Origin: an uncultured virus (IMG/VR IMGVR_UViG_3300006467_000197)
Lineage: Duplodnaviria; Heunggongvirae; Uroviricota; Caudoviricetes
Direction: 5' to 3' (one strand)
Virus record (IMG/VR): IMGVR_UViG_3300006467_000197
DNA: 64,000 bases
In this document: positions 37,396-46,560 of the stretch, piece after piece
Numbering within the stretch: the stretch's first letter is position 1
How the letters are laid out: each line of letters begins with the position of its first letter
Position numbers and translations under genes: made by a program
The notes under the pieces: model-generated
What the model saw: only the letters and a program-made list of their open reading frames with translations
Told to the model about the DNA's origin: nothing
The model's database searches: none

Positions 37396-37707
37396 TTATC
37401 GAAGTTTCCAATCGCTAACCGCACCAGTTTCCGAAACTTCCTCGTCATGTTCGTGCTTGTGCGGAGCGTAGTCTTCTTCGTTGAAGAAATCATTCGGTTC
37501 TTTTTTCAAGACACGGCAAATTCGAACAAGATTGGAAAGGGACAGTGTATCATGTCCTATTTCCAACAGAATTGTTTTGCCATTTTCAAACCCGACTGCT
37601 TGATCCATTTCAACAGGGGATAGCCCTGCTTGTTTACGAAACAGCTTGAGGCGTCGGGCCGCGCACCGGCTTGGGGACACAGCACTCCGCTTTTTACGCT
37701 TTGTCAT
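37396..37707 (-). CDS. XRE-family HTH protein (divergent)
   Basis: RLKLFRKQAGLS..EM...VG...LEIG...SLSNLVRICRVL...PNDFF. Confidence 0.75.
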   Translation of the reverse strand: MTKRKKRSAVSPSRCAARRLKLFRKQAGLSPVEMDQAVGFENGKTILLEIGHDTLSLSNLVRICRVLKKEPNDFFNEEDYAPHKHEHDEEVSETGAVSDWKLR

Positions 37708-38143
37708 GAATAATTCCTTTCTGTGTATTGAAGAGGTCTTCGTGTGCGCAGTCATTGCACATACCAAGGACGGTCACGTCTTTGTCGTGAGAGCAGCGGC
37801 GACATTCAAAGCCGTAATCGCCTTCAAAGACGATTTTTTCAGATACTTGCACAGCAGACATACAAGCCGAAACCGGAACGTCGAAGTTATTGCCAATAAC
37901 CACAGCCAAGCCTTTGAAGTGAAGTTTCGGCTGCAGGCGGAAGGCGAACAGTGAATCTTCCTCGGACAACTGATCAGCGTCGCTAACCGGCTCACAACAC
38001 GTCACCAGCTGGTTGCCGTGAACTTCGCATTGAAAAATACGAACAGACTCGATCAACTCTTTGACGGCGGGCCAAGTGTCGCGAAGCTTTACTTCCCTGA
38101 CGCGCCGGTTGGATGGATCAATAAGTACAGCCGAAATTTTCAT
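37694..38143 (-). CDS. Hypothetical protein with C-terminal Zn ribbon
   Basis: GAGG RBS; CRRC...CNDC. Confidence 0.75.
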   Translation of the reverse strand: MKISAVLIDPSNRRVREVKLRDTWPAVKELIESVRIFQCEVHGNQLVTCCEPVSDADQLSEEDSLFAFRLQPKLHFKGLAVVIGNNFDVPVSACMSAVQVSEKIVFEGDYGFECRRCSHDKDVTVLGMCNDCAHEDLFNTQKGIIHDKA

Positions 38144-38152
38144 AAGTTCCTC

Positions 38153-38497
38153 CTACTGTATCGGCAAAACAGGGATAACATTGACGACAATAGCGACAAT
38201 GATGATTGAAAGCAGGCCCATGAAGACCGCGCCCACGGCGAATCCGTGCAGGAATGAATAGCGGCGCGTTTCCTTGATTATTTCAAGGCGGCGTTCATGC
38301 GAACGTTTCTCGTGGTCGGCAACATCTTTTTGGACGGAATAGAAGCGGCGGAGCTTCGAACGCCAATCGAGAAAATCAATAACACTGTTTGAGTCTTTTG
38401 GCGGAGTCGGGTATTTCGAAAGCGTAATGCGACTCGGTTTGTCCGACTTGACCTTCAATTTATTCAAGACAGCTTTTGTTTCTTTGGAGACTGGCAT
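38153..38497 (-). CDS. Membrane-anchored protein
   Basis: AAGGA RBS; C-terminal TM. Confidence 0.7.
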   Translation of the reverse strand: MPVSKETKAVLNKLKVKSDKPSRITLSKYPTPPKDSNSVIDFLDWRSKLRRFYSVQKDVADHEKRSHERRLEIIKETRRYSFLHGFAVGAVFMGLLSIIIVAIVVNVIPVLPIQ

Positions 38498-38528
38498 GGG
38501 ATTCGTCCTTTGCTTTGTTAACAAAGTA

Positions 38529-38557
38529 ATAATACCTTGAGACTACGCCTACGTCAA
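38529..38557 (-). promoter_or_regulatory. Sigma70-like promoter TTGACG-17-TATTAT
   Basis: Near-consensus hexamers in intergenic gap. Confidence 0.75.
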
Positions 38558-38670
38558 CTTTATGGCGAAATAGTCCTATAACCCGCCAAAAACCGAAGAA
38601 ACGAGGCCGCAAAGCAATAAAGGCCAGCTCCCGAAGGAACCGGCCTTTATTATTCAAGTTTTGAATTGTC

Positions 38671-39246
38671 TCAGTTCGCCGGAATCGTTACCAGCGGGAA
38701 GCTCACAGTGAAACAACGCGCCACCGGTTCAAGAACAATCTTCGCAGCATCATGAATTGCATCGCCGTTCATACCGAACATAAGCCGGAACGCATTTGTA
38801 AAATGTCCAGTATCCGGAACTTCAAAAACGGGGTGCTCCAGTTCCTGAATAAATGTCTGGGAAAGTGCCGGACATTCCTTGATCGTCAAGTTCGACGCTA
38901 CCGCTTGGCGCAGTTCAACACCTTTCGTAGTGAACGACCAGAGACCACGACCTTCAAGCAGCTCCCACTTTGCCGACTCAGCTGAAATAACAGCAAAGAA
39001 GACAATCGTGTTGCCGCCGCCAGTAACATCGATCATGCGAGCTTGATTAATACAAGCTTTGCGCAACACCCATTTGTCGTGGTTGGCTTGAATTTCCATC
39101 TTGCCTTCATCGCCAACCTTTGGCGTATCACTGACACGTGCCATAAGTGCCAACGCAGCATTGCCGAATTTATCAGGCTTGATAGTAAAGCCTTTAGCGC
39201 GCAGTTGGTCTTCGTTAACCTCTTGCGCAATGTAGGACATATCCAT
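38671..39246 (-). CDS. Hypothetical protein
   Basis: GGAG RBS. Confidence 0.8.
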   Translation of the reverse strand: MDMSYIAQEVNEDQLRAKGFTIKPDKFGNAALALMARVSDTPKVGDEGKMEIQANHDKWVLRKACINQARMIDVTGGGNTIVFFAVISAESAKWELLEGRGLWSFTTKGVELRQAVASNLTIKECPALSQTFIQELEHPVFEVPDTGHFTNAFRLMFGMNGDAIHDAAKIVLEPVARCFTVSFPLVTIPAN

Positions 39247-39252
39247 ATTTAT

Positions 39253-39702
39253 TCACTCCTGTTGATGAGCATTTCTTGCGCTCATTTGGTTGTTTAACAC
39301 TTCGACAACTGCGTCGGGTGTTGTTTTAAACTTTTGGGCAATCTCCTCGATTGTCAGGTGAGCCCGTTCATAAAGCGATAGCTCATGATTGTCTTCTGTT
39401 GACTTGAATATTTCAGTAACTATCTTGTCACGCAAAGCATTAGCAGAATTGATCCGTTCACTCATTGAAAGCTTTGCATTGTTGCCTTCACCTTTCAAGA
39501 TGTAGGCAACTTCATCCATTCGACCACGTGCAATAATACGCATTGCCCAAGCAGGCCGGTCTTCTGGGAAATTGTGAGCTTTCAAGTATTCTTCAAGCTC
39601 ACTTTGATCGATGCCGATTTCTTCGGCAATTCGAGCCGCTGGTTCAAACTTTTCCCACATCGACTTTATGTGGAATTTTTCATTTCCACTTAGTTCATGC
39701 AT
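39253..39702 (-). CDS. Protein with two HTH-like motifs
   Basis: ARIAEEIGI and TIEEIAQKFK. Confidence 0.75.
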   Translation of the reverse strand: MHELSGNEKFHIKSMWEKFEPAARIAEEIGIDQSELEEYLKAHNFPEDRPAWAMRIIARGRMDEVAYILKGEGNNAKLSMSERINSANALRDKIVTEIFKSTEDNHELSLYERAHLTIEEIAQKFKTTPDAVVEVLNNQMSARNAHQQE

Positions 39703-40067
39703 TAACGTCCCCTTGCTCGACGCCTTCTGCGTCGTCTGGTGCGCCCCGCAGCCTCATTGTGCCTTTTGATGATACGTGCAGCGAGGAGCAGGTATGGTGA
39801 AACTTGCATTAATATTTTTTCAGACTTCCTTACAAGCTCAACGCCCAACTCTTCATTCAGTTCCTCAACGCACTTTGCGGTGATAGAACATTCCTTTGGC
39901 ATAGGAACAAAGAAAGATTTTTCAATTTCTCGCTTGATGTGCTCTTTGAAATGCATCATGTCTATATGAATATTTGGAGCAACAGTATGACCCTCGCGGT
40001 CAACACGATCTTTGATGTCGATGTCATACGAATAGCTTACAAGCTTAACTTCCTTCAGCTTGCTCAT
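39702..40067 (-). CDS. Hypothetical protein with Arg-rich tail
   Basis: RTRRRRRRARGR. Confidence 0.75.
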   Translation of the reverse strand: MSKLKEVKLVSYSYDIDIKDRVDREGHTVAPNIHIDMMHFKEHIKREIEKSFFVPMPKECSITAKCVEELNEELGVELVRKSEKILMQVSPYLLLAARIIKRHNEAAGRTRRRRRRRARGR

Positions 40068-40633
40068 ACTTTTCCCTCAATATTCAAATTCATCTGTGTA
40101 TTGACAGGAGACTTGCGATACTTGTCCTGCAAGCGGCTTTGATCGAAATGGCCGTGGCCGAGCGAAGTACGTAACAGGAAGGAAATAGCAAGTGCAACAG
40201 ATACTGAATAAAAATAGCTACAACCCGCGCCATCTAATCCACGGTTCCTTATGCGCGATGTGTAGGTTACAATACGAACTTTACTTCCGTTTCTGGTACG
40301 ATTGGTAATATCCTTTCGAGTGAAAAATTCACACTCAGGAAAAATCCAATCCATAGTCTCGAACATAAACGAAGTTGTCGAACTCTGGAACAGTAAAGCG
40401 GTGATTGCTTCAGGGAAGTCGCAACCGATTGCCATTTGAAAATTACGTAAGAGAGTCATTTCAGTATCATACATTGCTGCATGATACTCTTCGATGCACG
40501 TGTACTTGCGATTTGCTACCGCACTCTCTGAAGTCAGCGCATCACTTTCGAACTCTAAAAGGTCGTCAGGGTTAAACAGAAAAACTTTCTCATTCGAGAA
40601 CTCTGAATAATTTTTCATACGGAACGGCGTCAT
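40064..40633 (-). CDS. Hypothetical protein
   Basis: Coupled ORF with GGAG RBS. Confidence 0.75.
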   Translation of the reverse strand: MTPFRMKNYSEFSNEKVFLFNPDDLLEFESDALTSESAVANRKYTCIEEYHAAMYDTEMTLLRNFQMAIGCDFPEAITALLFQSSTTSFMFETMDWIFPECEFFTRKDITNRTRNGSKVRIVTYTSRIRNRGLDGAGCSYFYSVSVALAISFLLRTSLGHGHFDQSRLQDKYRKSPVNTQMNLNIEGKV

Positions 40634-40881
40634 AGCGAATCTCCAACTTGTGCTTGCTGTGCTGCCAGAACGGTTTCCGGAGTTGCGCGTTTTTGAAGAT
40701 GCAACGTGTCCACATTGAAAGTCCCTACCGGGCCTTTGTCTGGACTATCCAAGCGACAGCAAGAGTAACCTACGACTTTCCCAAACTCCGCTTGTTTGAT
40801 AATTACCAAATCAATCCGACCGCGCTGTTTCGCATCGAGAGCTTGAAATCGTACAACGTCACCTTTTGAAAATTTCGGCAT
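40630..40881 (-). CDS. Small SH3-like beta protein
   Basis: GGAGG RBS before MPKFSKGDVV. Confidence 0.7.
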   Translation of the reverse strand: MPKFSKGDVVRFQALDAKQRGRIDLVIIKQAEFGKVVGYSCCRLDSPDKGPVGTFNVDTLHLQKRATPETVLAAQQAQVGDSL

Positions 40882-40906
40882 AGTAACCTCCTGAACAGGT
40901 AACTCA

Positions 40907-40935
40907 ATTATGCCGTTGTTTACTCTATGCGTCAA
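40907..40935 (-). promoter_or_regulatory. Sigma70-like promoter TTGACG-17-CATAAT
   Basis: Near-consensus hexamers. Confidence 0.75.
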
Positions 40936-40956
40936 TGTTAGTGGTCTAAGTACGCG

Positions 40957-40985
40957 AAACCCCGCTGATCCGAAGACCAGCGGGG
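40957..40985 (-). terminator. Terminator after nrdJ
   Basis: CCCCGCTGGTC-TTCG-GATCAGCGGGG-TTT (UUCG tetraloop). Confidence 0.8.
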
Positions 40986-41040
40986 CCGCATACAACACCC
41001 TATCCGCCCGAGTCATCCTCGGGACAATATTCAATTAGTA

Positions 41041-43590
41041 TTACGTTGTCTCTTCGGAATCTTCATCAGCATAGCGAACTTGATTTGATTCAATCGGACA
41101 AATGCCTGACGAGCATTGAAGTGAATCCTCATCAACACCTACGTTGTCGATTTGAATAATTTCACTCATCAGTTGCTGGTAACGTTCATACGAGATTGGT
41201 TCTTCTGGAGCGTAGCAATAAGCCGAAGTCAGTTCATCCGGAGTTTGATAGGCATCAAACGAACAACACCGAATTTGAGATTGGTGTTTCATAACCATGT
41301 CACAGAACTCTTGTTCTGAAATTTCATTCGGGTGCCACTTCAGAGTGTAGCTGATTTGGTTGTTACGCGGTGTGCCATCTTCGTTCTTACCAAGCCAGAA
41401 TTTTTCAAAGAGACGCAGCCATTTGTAGTGATCTTCCATAGAGACTTCGGTTGCCGTAACAACCTTGTCTTTCATCATGTCAACGATTGGGAGTTTCGTC
41501 GGGAAGCCAACAATAACTTTGCCCGGATATGATTGCCCACCGTTCGGGTTAACCGAAACATCTTTGATTGGGTATCCATAATTTTTCAATTGGGTAACTT
41601 CAGGATTATCCTTACCATTGATCTTCGCTTCGTATTGAACCCAGCGCAGATAGGTACTGAAGGCAGGGAGATTCGCACACTCTGTAACTGAAATGACTTT
41701 GGAAACTGTGCCACCCGGTTTCATTGTGGTTACAGTTGCCGGGGCATTCATCCCAATCTTCTTTGAATATTTAGCAGCAGCGTCTTCTGTGCGCTGGCGC
41801 ATATCATCAAGGTGCAACCAGAACTTCAGAGATTTGAGTTTGTCTTCACGGGACGGATCATAGAAAAGCTTACGCAAATCTTCGATTGACATATCAATGA
41901 TTTTTTCAAAGTCATCAATCAGGTCATAGAACGTCAGACCGAAGAACTTAAACGCCGCTTCGTGCACACCGTTTAGAGAAACGCCAATTCGATTTGTGCG
42001 TTCTGTCTCTTGCTTGTAAAGCGACTTCATGCGGTTGACGCGAACAAGTGCTTCAGCAGTACGTTCACAGCCGAGTGTCCATTCATTGAAGTTTTTAGCA
42101 CGCGATCCGTTCACATCAGCAACAAGGCAATAACCACCACCAGTGAAAATTGCAATCTCAGCGCACGGATTACAGATCATCACATACGGTTGCTTGAGCG
42201 CGTGCGAAGTAAGCTTTCCAACCATTTCATATGTTTTTTCATGAAGCGGTGAGTCATAATAGTTGACGTTGACAGCTTGTGCAGGATCGATCTTCGCAAT
42301 CTCTTGCTGCGTTGGTGAGTGAAACTGATCAACGTTGATAAAGCCCGGCTCGCCTGACTTGTCGAGATAGATTGCACCGGTCGCAGCTTGGAAGACTCGG
42401 GCAGCGTGTGTGCGGCGATCTTTTGCCTCTTCCCAAAAGTCTTTATCTACGAGAATTGAATTATTAGCCGACCACAAACCACCACCGCGCTTAATCTCGA
42501 TGAAGTCGAAGATGTCACGGTCGCGCCAATATTTCACGGCCATACGAGCCATACGGCGAACGCCACCGAGGACAATGCAAGAGGCGAGATAGTGATCAAT
42601 GAACATTGCTTGTTTCCATGGCTGCATCCCAGCCCCACGGATTGAAGCAATCTTCTGAAATGCACGCATGAGAGGAAGCGGACCAGACGCAGGCCGGTTC
42701 TGTTGCCCACGAATTGGCGCTCCCTCTCCGCGCACCTTGGAGAAATCGAAAATGAATAATTTTTCACGATGCTTTTCATGGAAAGCAGCAGTTTCTAACG
42801 CGGCAACAGCCCGCACCCATCCTTCGCAGGAATCTTCAACTTCAAACCATCGGACAGTTTCTGACTCCGACGGGTATTTTTCACGTGCTTCTTCAAGGCT
42901 ATCAAAGCCACCTTGCAATTCGTCATATGCTTTACCGAAGTCTGCATGTTGCGAAGAGATAACGCAACGAATGTAAGGTGCGTTGTCCCAATTCACACGG
43001 CGGATAGCGCACGAATAGTCTGCGCCAATACCGGAGCCGTCTAGGCCAAGCTTGAATTGAATAAATGTGCAGATTGCGGTCGAGCAGTTTGTGAACTTCT
43101 CTTGTGTGGCGCGGCGTTGATTGAAGTCGCCGTGTTGCAGGTGACGGCCAGCAAAGGCAATAATACCTTTCTGGGCAAGTTCCCAAGTTTGTTTGAGCTG
43201 GTCGTCATTGAATAATGCAGTTGATCCGTTCAAACCTTGGCTGGCATCCCATCCAAGCATGAAGTTGCCACCAACAACTTCGTACAGGCGTTCACGCCAA
43301 GTCTGATAAGAACCGTCTTTCTTGATACGTGAATATTTGTTCTTCCAAATCTCGTTTGCCATGCCGGGGAGGACTTCATAAACTTCCTCGTCAGGAAGCA
43401 TCGACCTATCCAAGACAGAACGAATATGTGTTGCGAGTTCAGCTTCCGAACGTGGTGCGACACGCGGTTGCCACTTTGGGGCTAGAGAGAGTGCTTCGTT
43501 GCGGTTATCAAAATACGCTTCATCTGCACCGGTATTTGGTTGAGTATCGACAAGGCTTGTCGCATGTGGATCGCCTGAAAAAGCACTCAT
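41041..43590 (-). CDS. nrdJ: Ribonucleotide reductase class II (B12-dependent)
   Basis: TNCS, GGVRR.A, GEPG, NPCAEI...CL, KPGGTVS, C-terminal CSSGICP; no nrdB in window. Confidence 0.88.
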   Translation of the reverse strand: MSAFSGDPHATSLVDTQPNTGADEAYFDNRNEALSLAPKWQPRVAPRSEAELATHIRSVLDRSMLPDEEVYEVLPGMANEIWKNKYSRIKKDGSYQTWRERLYEVVGGNFMLGWDASQGLNGSTALFNDDQLKQTWELAQKGIIAFAGRHLQHGDFNQRRATQEKFTNCSTAICTFIQFKLGLDGSGIGADYSCAIRRVNWDNAPYIRCVISSQHADFGKAYDELQGGFDSLEEAREKYPSESETVRWFEVEDSCEGWVRAVAALETAAFHEKHREKLFIFDFSKVRGEGAPIRGQQNRPASGPLPLMRAFQKIASIRGAGMQPWKQAMFIDHYLASCIVLGGVRRMARMAVKYWRDRDIFDFIEIKRGGGLWSANNSILVDKDFWEEAKDRRTHAARVFQAATGAIYLDKSGEPGFINVDQFHSPTQQEIAKIDPAQAVNVNYYDSPLHEKTYEMVGKLTSHALKQPYVMICNPCAEIAIFTGGGYCLVADVNGSRAKNFNEWTLGCERTAEALVRVNRMKSLYKQETERTNRIGVSLNGVHEAAFKFFGLTFYDLIDDFEKIIDMSIEDLRKLFYDPSREDKLKSLKFWLHLDDMRQRTEDAAAKYSKKIGMNAPATVTTMKPGGTVSKVISVTECANLPAFSTYLRWVQYEAKINGKDNPEVTQLKNYGYPIKDVSVNPNGGQSYPGKVIVGFPTKLPIVDMMKDKVVTATEVSMEDHYKWLRLFEKFWLGKNEDGTPRNNQISYTLKWHPNEISEQEFCDMVMKHQSQIRCCSFDAYQTPDELTSAYCYAPEEPISYERYQQLMSEIIQIDNVGVDEDSLQCSSGICPIESNQVRYADEDSEETT

Positions 43591-43744
43591 TGTTGTTATC
43601 TCCGTTTACTGAATATTGCGACCATAGAATTCTCGGGCCTGCAAGAGTCATATTGGGAGTTTTACTGGCTAGCAGCTGAGACGAATTTTACCATGGTTTG
43701 AGAATCTTTTTCTGTAAGGCCTGAATAAATCAGAGTGCAGAACA

Positions 43745-43826
43745 AAGAAAAGCCCCTGACGCACGGGAGGACACGTCAGGGGCTTCATGGTTTGCAGGCT
43801 TCGCCGTCTCAGAGATAACAGCGACC
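43745..43826 (-). ncRNA. Candidate small RNA with CCUCCC loop
   Basis: TTGACA-17-TATATT promoter (43830-43858), one hairpin, then 12-bp terminator with loop TGTCCTCCCGTG. Confidence 0.55.
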
Positions 43827-43854
43827 TACAATATAGACCCGCTGCAAATTTATG

Positions 43855-44268
43855 TCAAGCAGTGGTTCGCCGCCGCTTTTTCGGAGCCATGGCAGAGGTC
43901 TTTTTGGCTTTCCCCGCCTTCGGTTTTGCTTCTGCTTCGTGAGAGATTTTCTTCTTCGGTTTATTCAGGCCAGTATTCGGCAGAGCGGAGACAATCGTAG
44001 CGCGTTTGTCGCTTGGGTTTGTATAGACAAACTGCACCAGTTCAGTCTGCATGTTGTCCCGCTTCTCACCATTGACGTATATTTCAAATTCACCGGTCTT
44101 GAAACAATACGTTCCTTCGACTTTGGCTTTGGGAGGGATTCGGAACAGGTCTTTTACTTCTGGAACAAACCCTGCGAATGACATTCGATAGCCTTGCAAG
44201 GAAACTGAAGCGGCGTATCCAATCAGGACGCCGCAGATACGAACTTCATTCTGCTTGCTTTTATTCAT
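43855..44268 (-). CDS. Hypothetical protein with basic tail
   Basis: Start moved to MNKSKQ (AGGA RBS). Confidence 0.75.
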   Translation of the reverse strand: MNKSKQNEVRICGVLIGYAASVSLQGYRMSFAGFVPEVKDLFRIPPKAKVEGTYCFKTGEFEIYVNGEKRDNMQTELVQFVYTNPSDKRATIVSALPNTGLNKPKKKISHEAEAKPKAGKAKKTSAMAPKKRRRTTA

Positions 44269-44278
44269 GATAGTAATC

Positions 44279-44611
44279 CTATTCTTCGTCTTCAAACTCG
44301 TCGAGGTGTGATCCCATATAAGACAACAGATTGCCTGCATGGGAAAGCGCATATTCTACCGGACCGTTTATACCTTCAAGCATGTAGAAGGGAACGGCTT
44401 GTTCATTCTCTTCAACAACTTCTTCCTCCCCGGTCTCTTCGTTCTTTTCAGTTACTTCTTCTTTTGAAAAAATAACGAAAGCGATACCAGTGACAGTCTG
44501 ATTCGAGGCAACAGTCTCTTCAACTGTTTGAACAAGGAAGCTTAGCACATCGGCATGTTGTACTTTTGCCTTTTCTAGCGTCTCTCTAAAGTGTCGAACA
44601 TTATCGCTCAT
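44279..44611 (-). CDS. Small acidic protein
   Basis: GGAGA RBS; Glu-rich. Confidence 0.75.
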   Translation of the reverse strand: MSDNVRHFRETLEKAKVQHADVLSFLVQTVEETVASNQTVTGIAFVIFSKEEVTEKNEETGEEEVVEENEQAVPFYMLEGINGPVEYALSHAGNLLSYMGSHLDEFEDEE

Positions 44612-44629
44612 TTTTCATATCTCCAGAAA

Positions 44630-44658
44630 CAAAGTGCCCAGCACGGGGCCGGGCACTT
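44630..44658 (-). terminator. Intrinsic terminator
   Basis: AAGTGCCCGGC/GCTGGGCACTT followed by T-rich tail. Confidence 0.7.
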
Positions 44659-44692
44659 CGAAGGGTAATTGTGGCAGAACCTGCGGGCTTGG

Positions 44693-44875
44693 TCAAGCTT
44701 GGCCATCAAGGGGAGCGATGCATTCAACAGGTTGACCCCAGCCCATCTTCTCCAAACCCTTGAAGATGACAATTCCTAAGATCAACGCAGCAAACCCAAA
44801 TGAAAAAATAATAGCCCATCCGAAAACATGCGATGATCCTTCACCAATCGATTGCTTTGGTTCAACCGGCATCAC
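44693..44875 (-). CDS. Small membrane protein
   Basis: GGAGG RBS; one TM. Confidence 0.7.
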   Translation of the reverse strand: MMPVEPKQSIGEGSSHVFGWAIIFSFGFAALILGIVIFKGLEKMGWGQPVECIAPLDGQA

Positions 44876-44885
44876 TCCCTCCTGA

Positions 44886-45029
44886 TCAAACGTTGAAAAT
44901 TAAACCAATAATAGGCAACCCAACCAGCATAACCAACAGGAACAGGATTAACCCTCCTAACGGGCCTCCCTCCTCCGGATAGATAGGCCCGTCATAGTAA
45001 GCTAGGTAGTCGTCTTCATCGTCTGCCAT
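44886..45029 (-). CDS. Small membrane protein (47 aa)
   Basis: Not in ORF track; AAGGA RBS; MADDEDDYLAYY...LILFLLVMLVGLPIIGLIF. Confidence 0.65.
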   Translation of the reverse strand: MADDEDDYLAYYDGPIYPEEGGPLGGLILFLLVMLVGLPIIGLIFNV

Positions 45030-45047
45030 CTTTAGGTTCCTTGAATA

Positions 45048-46211
45048 TTAAGACATAAGTGCTTTCACAACACGTGATACACCGTCTTCAACATGACGTA
45101 CACCCAAGATGAGATTTGCAACGTCGTTATAAGCCAAGTTCTCGGTAGCCAAGGGCAGCATTTCCGTTTGGTCGCGACCGCGAATGTATTTTTCAACCTC
45201 GGCAATCTTGTCAATCATCTGCGCGCCGAGGTCTTTGATGTCATCCATCAACTCAAGCTCACGCGGTTCGGCTTTGCGATAGCGTTTGCGCATCATATGT
45301 TGACCGGGAGTAAGCCGCTCAAAGGCCTGAGAGTCTTCACGTGCATCAGGTTTTGAATTTTCAAATACACTTACGTCAGGTTCGGTTACTGGCATACTTT
45401 CAAAAAGCTCTTTGATCTTCTTAATATCAACCTCGTCTTTCGATTCAACGGGGATATGGACAGAGAAACGACTTTGTGGGTCGGTAATACAAATTGTCTG
45501 ACCCGCGCGCGGGTTGTCTTCTTCCGTTTCTTGCTCGCCTAGATCGTCGGTCTCGTTTCTGAATATTTGAACATTATCGAGGGCATAATTGTCCTGATCA
45601 TACTGTGGTTCTTTTTGCTCGATTTGGAACATGGCGTGAAATGACCCGAATAATTCAATAAGCCCACGACCAAATTGCGTATAACCATCACTCGCGGAGA
45701 ACGCCAACATATCATTGATAACGATGCAGGTGTGCTTGGAATTATTAAGCGGGTAGTAGGTGTCCCCTTTGTAATAGAGTGCGCCGTCCGGAGCCAATCG
45801 ACCTTTAAAATAAATATCAAGGCCAAGAGCTTCATCAAGTGTACGACCATTGAGAATAGACTTTCCGATGTCAGTAAGCCCCGTTTCTAACGAGAAAATT
45901 ATTCGATCATCGTACTGAACAGTAGCCTCGACAACTTCTCCGTAATCTTCTCCGTCGCCATCATCGAAATTTTCAATATCTTCGATTTCATCATCATCAA
46001 ACTCGGTGTGATCTTCAGCTTCTGGGGTTTCAGAGTCGTCTACTTCATCGACTTCTGTCGTATTTGAATATTCGTCAGAAGTTTCACCTTCAGTTACCGG
46101 GACCGGGGCCGGGACGGCTGGGGCCGGCTGCGGCGTGTCTTCACTAGCTGGGGAAGGTAAATTTTCAGTTGTTTCAACTTCGACTTCTACGTCTTTGTCT
46201 TGATCAGTCAT
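45048..46211 (-). CDS. Acidic protein with C-terminal Acb2/Tad1-like domain
   Basis: C-terminus RKRYR...ELELMDDIKDLGAQMIDKIAEV...LILGVRHVEDGVSRVVKAL. Confidence 0.75.
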   Translation of the reverse strand: MTDQDKDVEVEVETTENLPSPASEDTPQPAPAVPAPVPVTEGETSDEYSNTTEVDEVDDSETPEAEDHTEFDDDEIEDIENFDDGDGEDYGEVVEATVQYDDRIIFSLETGLTDIGKSILNGRTLDEALGLDIYFKGRLAPDGALYYKGDTYYPLNNSKHTCIVINDMLAFSASDGYTQFGRGLIELFGSFHAMFQIEQKEPQYDQDNYALDNVQIFRNETDDLGEQETEEDNPRAGQTICITDPQSRFSVHIPVESKDEVDIKKIKELFESMPVTEPDVSVFENSKPDAREDSQAFERLTPGQHMMRKRYRKAEPRELELMDDIKDLGAQMIDKIAEVEKYIRGRDQTEMLPLATENLAYNDVANLILGVRHVEDGVSRVVKALMS

Positions 46212-46234
46212 GCCTGTCTCCTATAGCTGGCGTG

Positions 46235-46540
46235 CTATGATTTACCGGCAATCCTTTGGTAGTGTTCACGCCCTTTGAGAGTAAGTTTCAACAGCGGGCG
46301 CATATCGACGTAAGATAATACAGCTAATTTTTCAGTAATCAGCTGATCTTCAGCACATGTCATATTGCGAATGTCTACTTCCGGCATCGATGCAGTTTCT
46401 ACAAGAAACTTGAGAAGTACCTTGGACTCATCCGACAATGCAATCGTGTATTTTTTATTTTTCAATCTATGCAAAAATACTGCAAGTCCTGCAGCAAGCA
46501 ATACAGCTACTCCACCAGCAGCCCCAATCATCGATACCAT
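46235..46540 (-). CDS. TM-anchored hypothetical protein
   Basis: N-terminal TM; LTLKGR. Confidence 0.65.
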   Translation of the reverse strand: MVSMIGAAGGVAVLLAAGLAVFLHRLKNKKYTIALSDESKVLLKFLVETASMPEVDIRNMTCAEDQLITEKLAVLSYVDMRPLLKLTLKGREHYQRIAGKS

Positions 46541-46560
46541 ATCTCAGCCCGTATGTTTAT

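Noticed and set aside
40882..41034. N-terminal extension of ORF 40630-41034
   Set aside because: The region holds a terminator and a promoter; the strong RBS lies before the ATG at 40881.
43591..43700. Cobalamin riboswitch or NrdR box upstream of nrdJ
   Set aside because: No B12-box or NrdR consensus recognisable.
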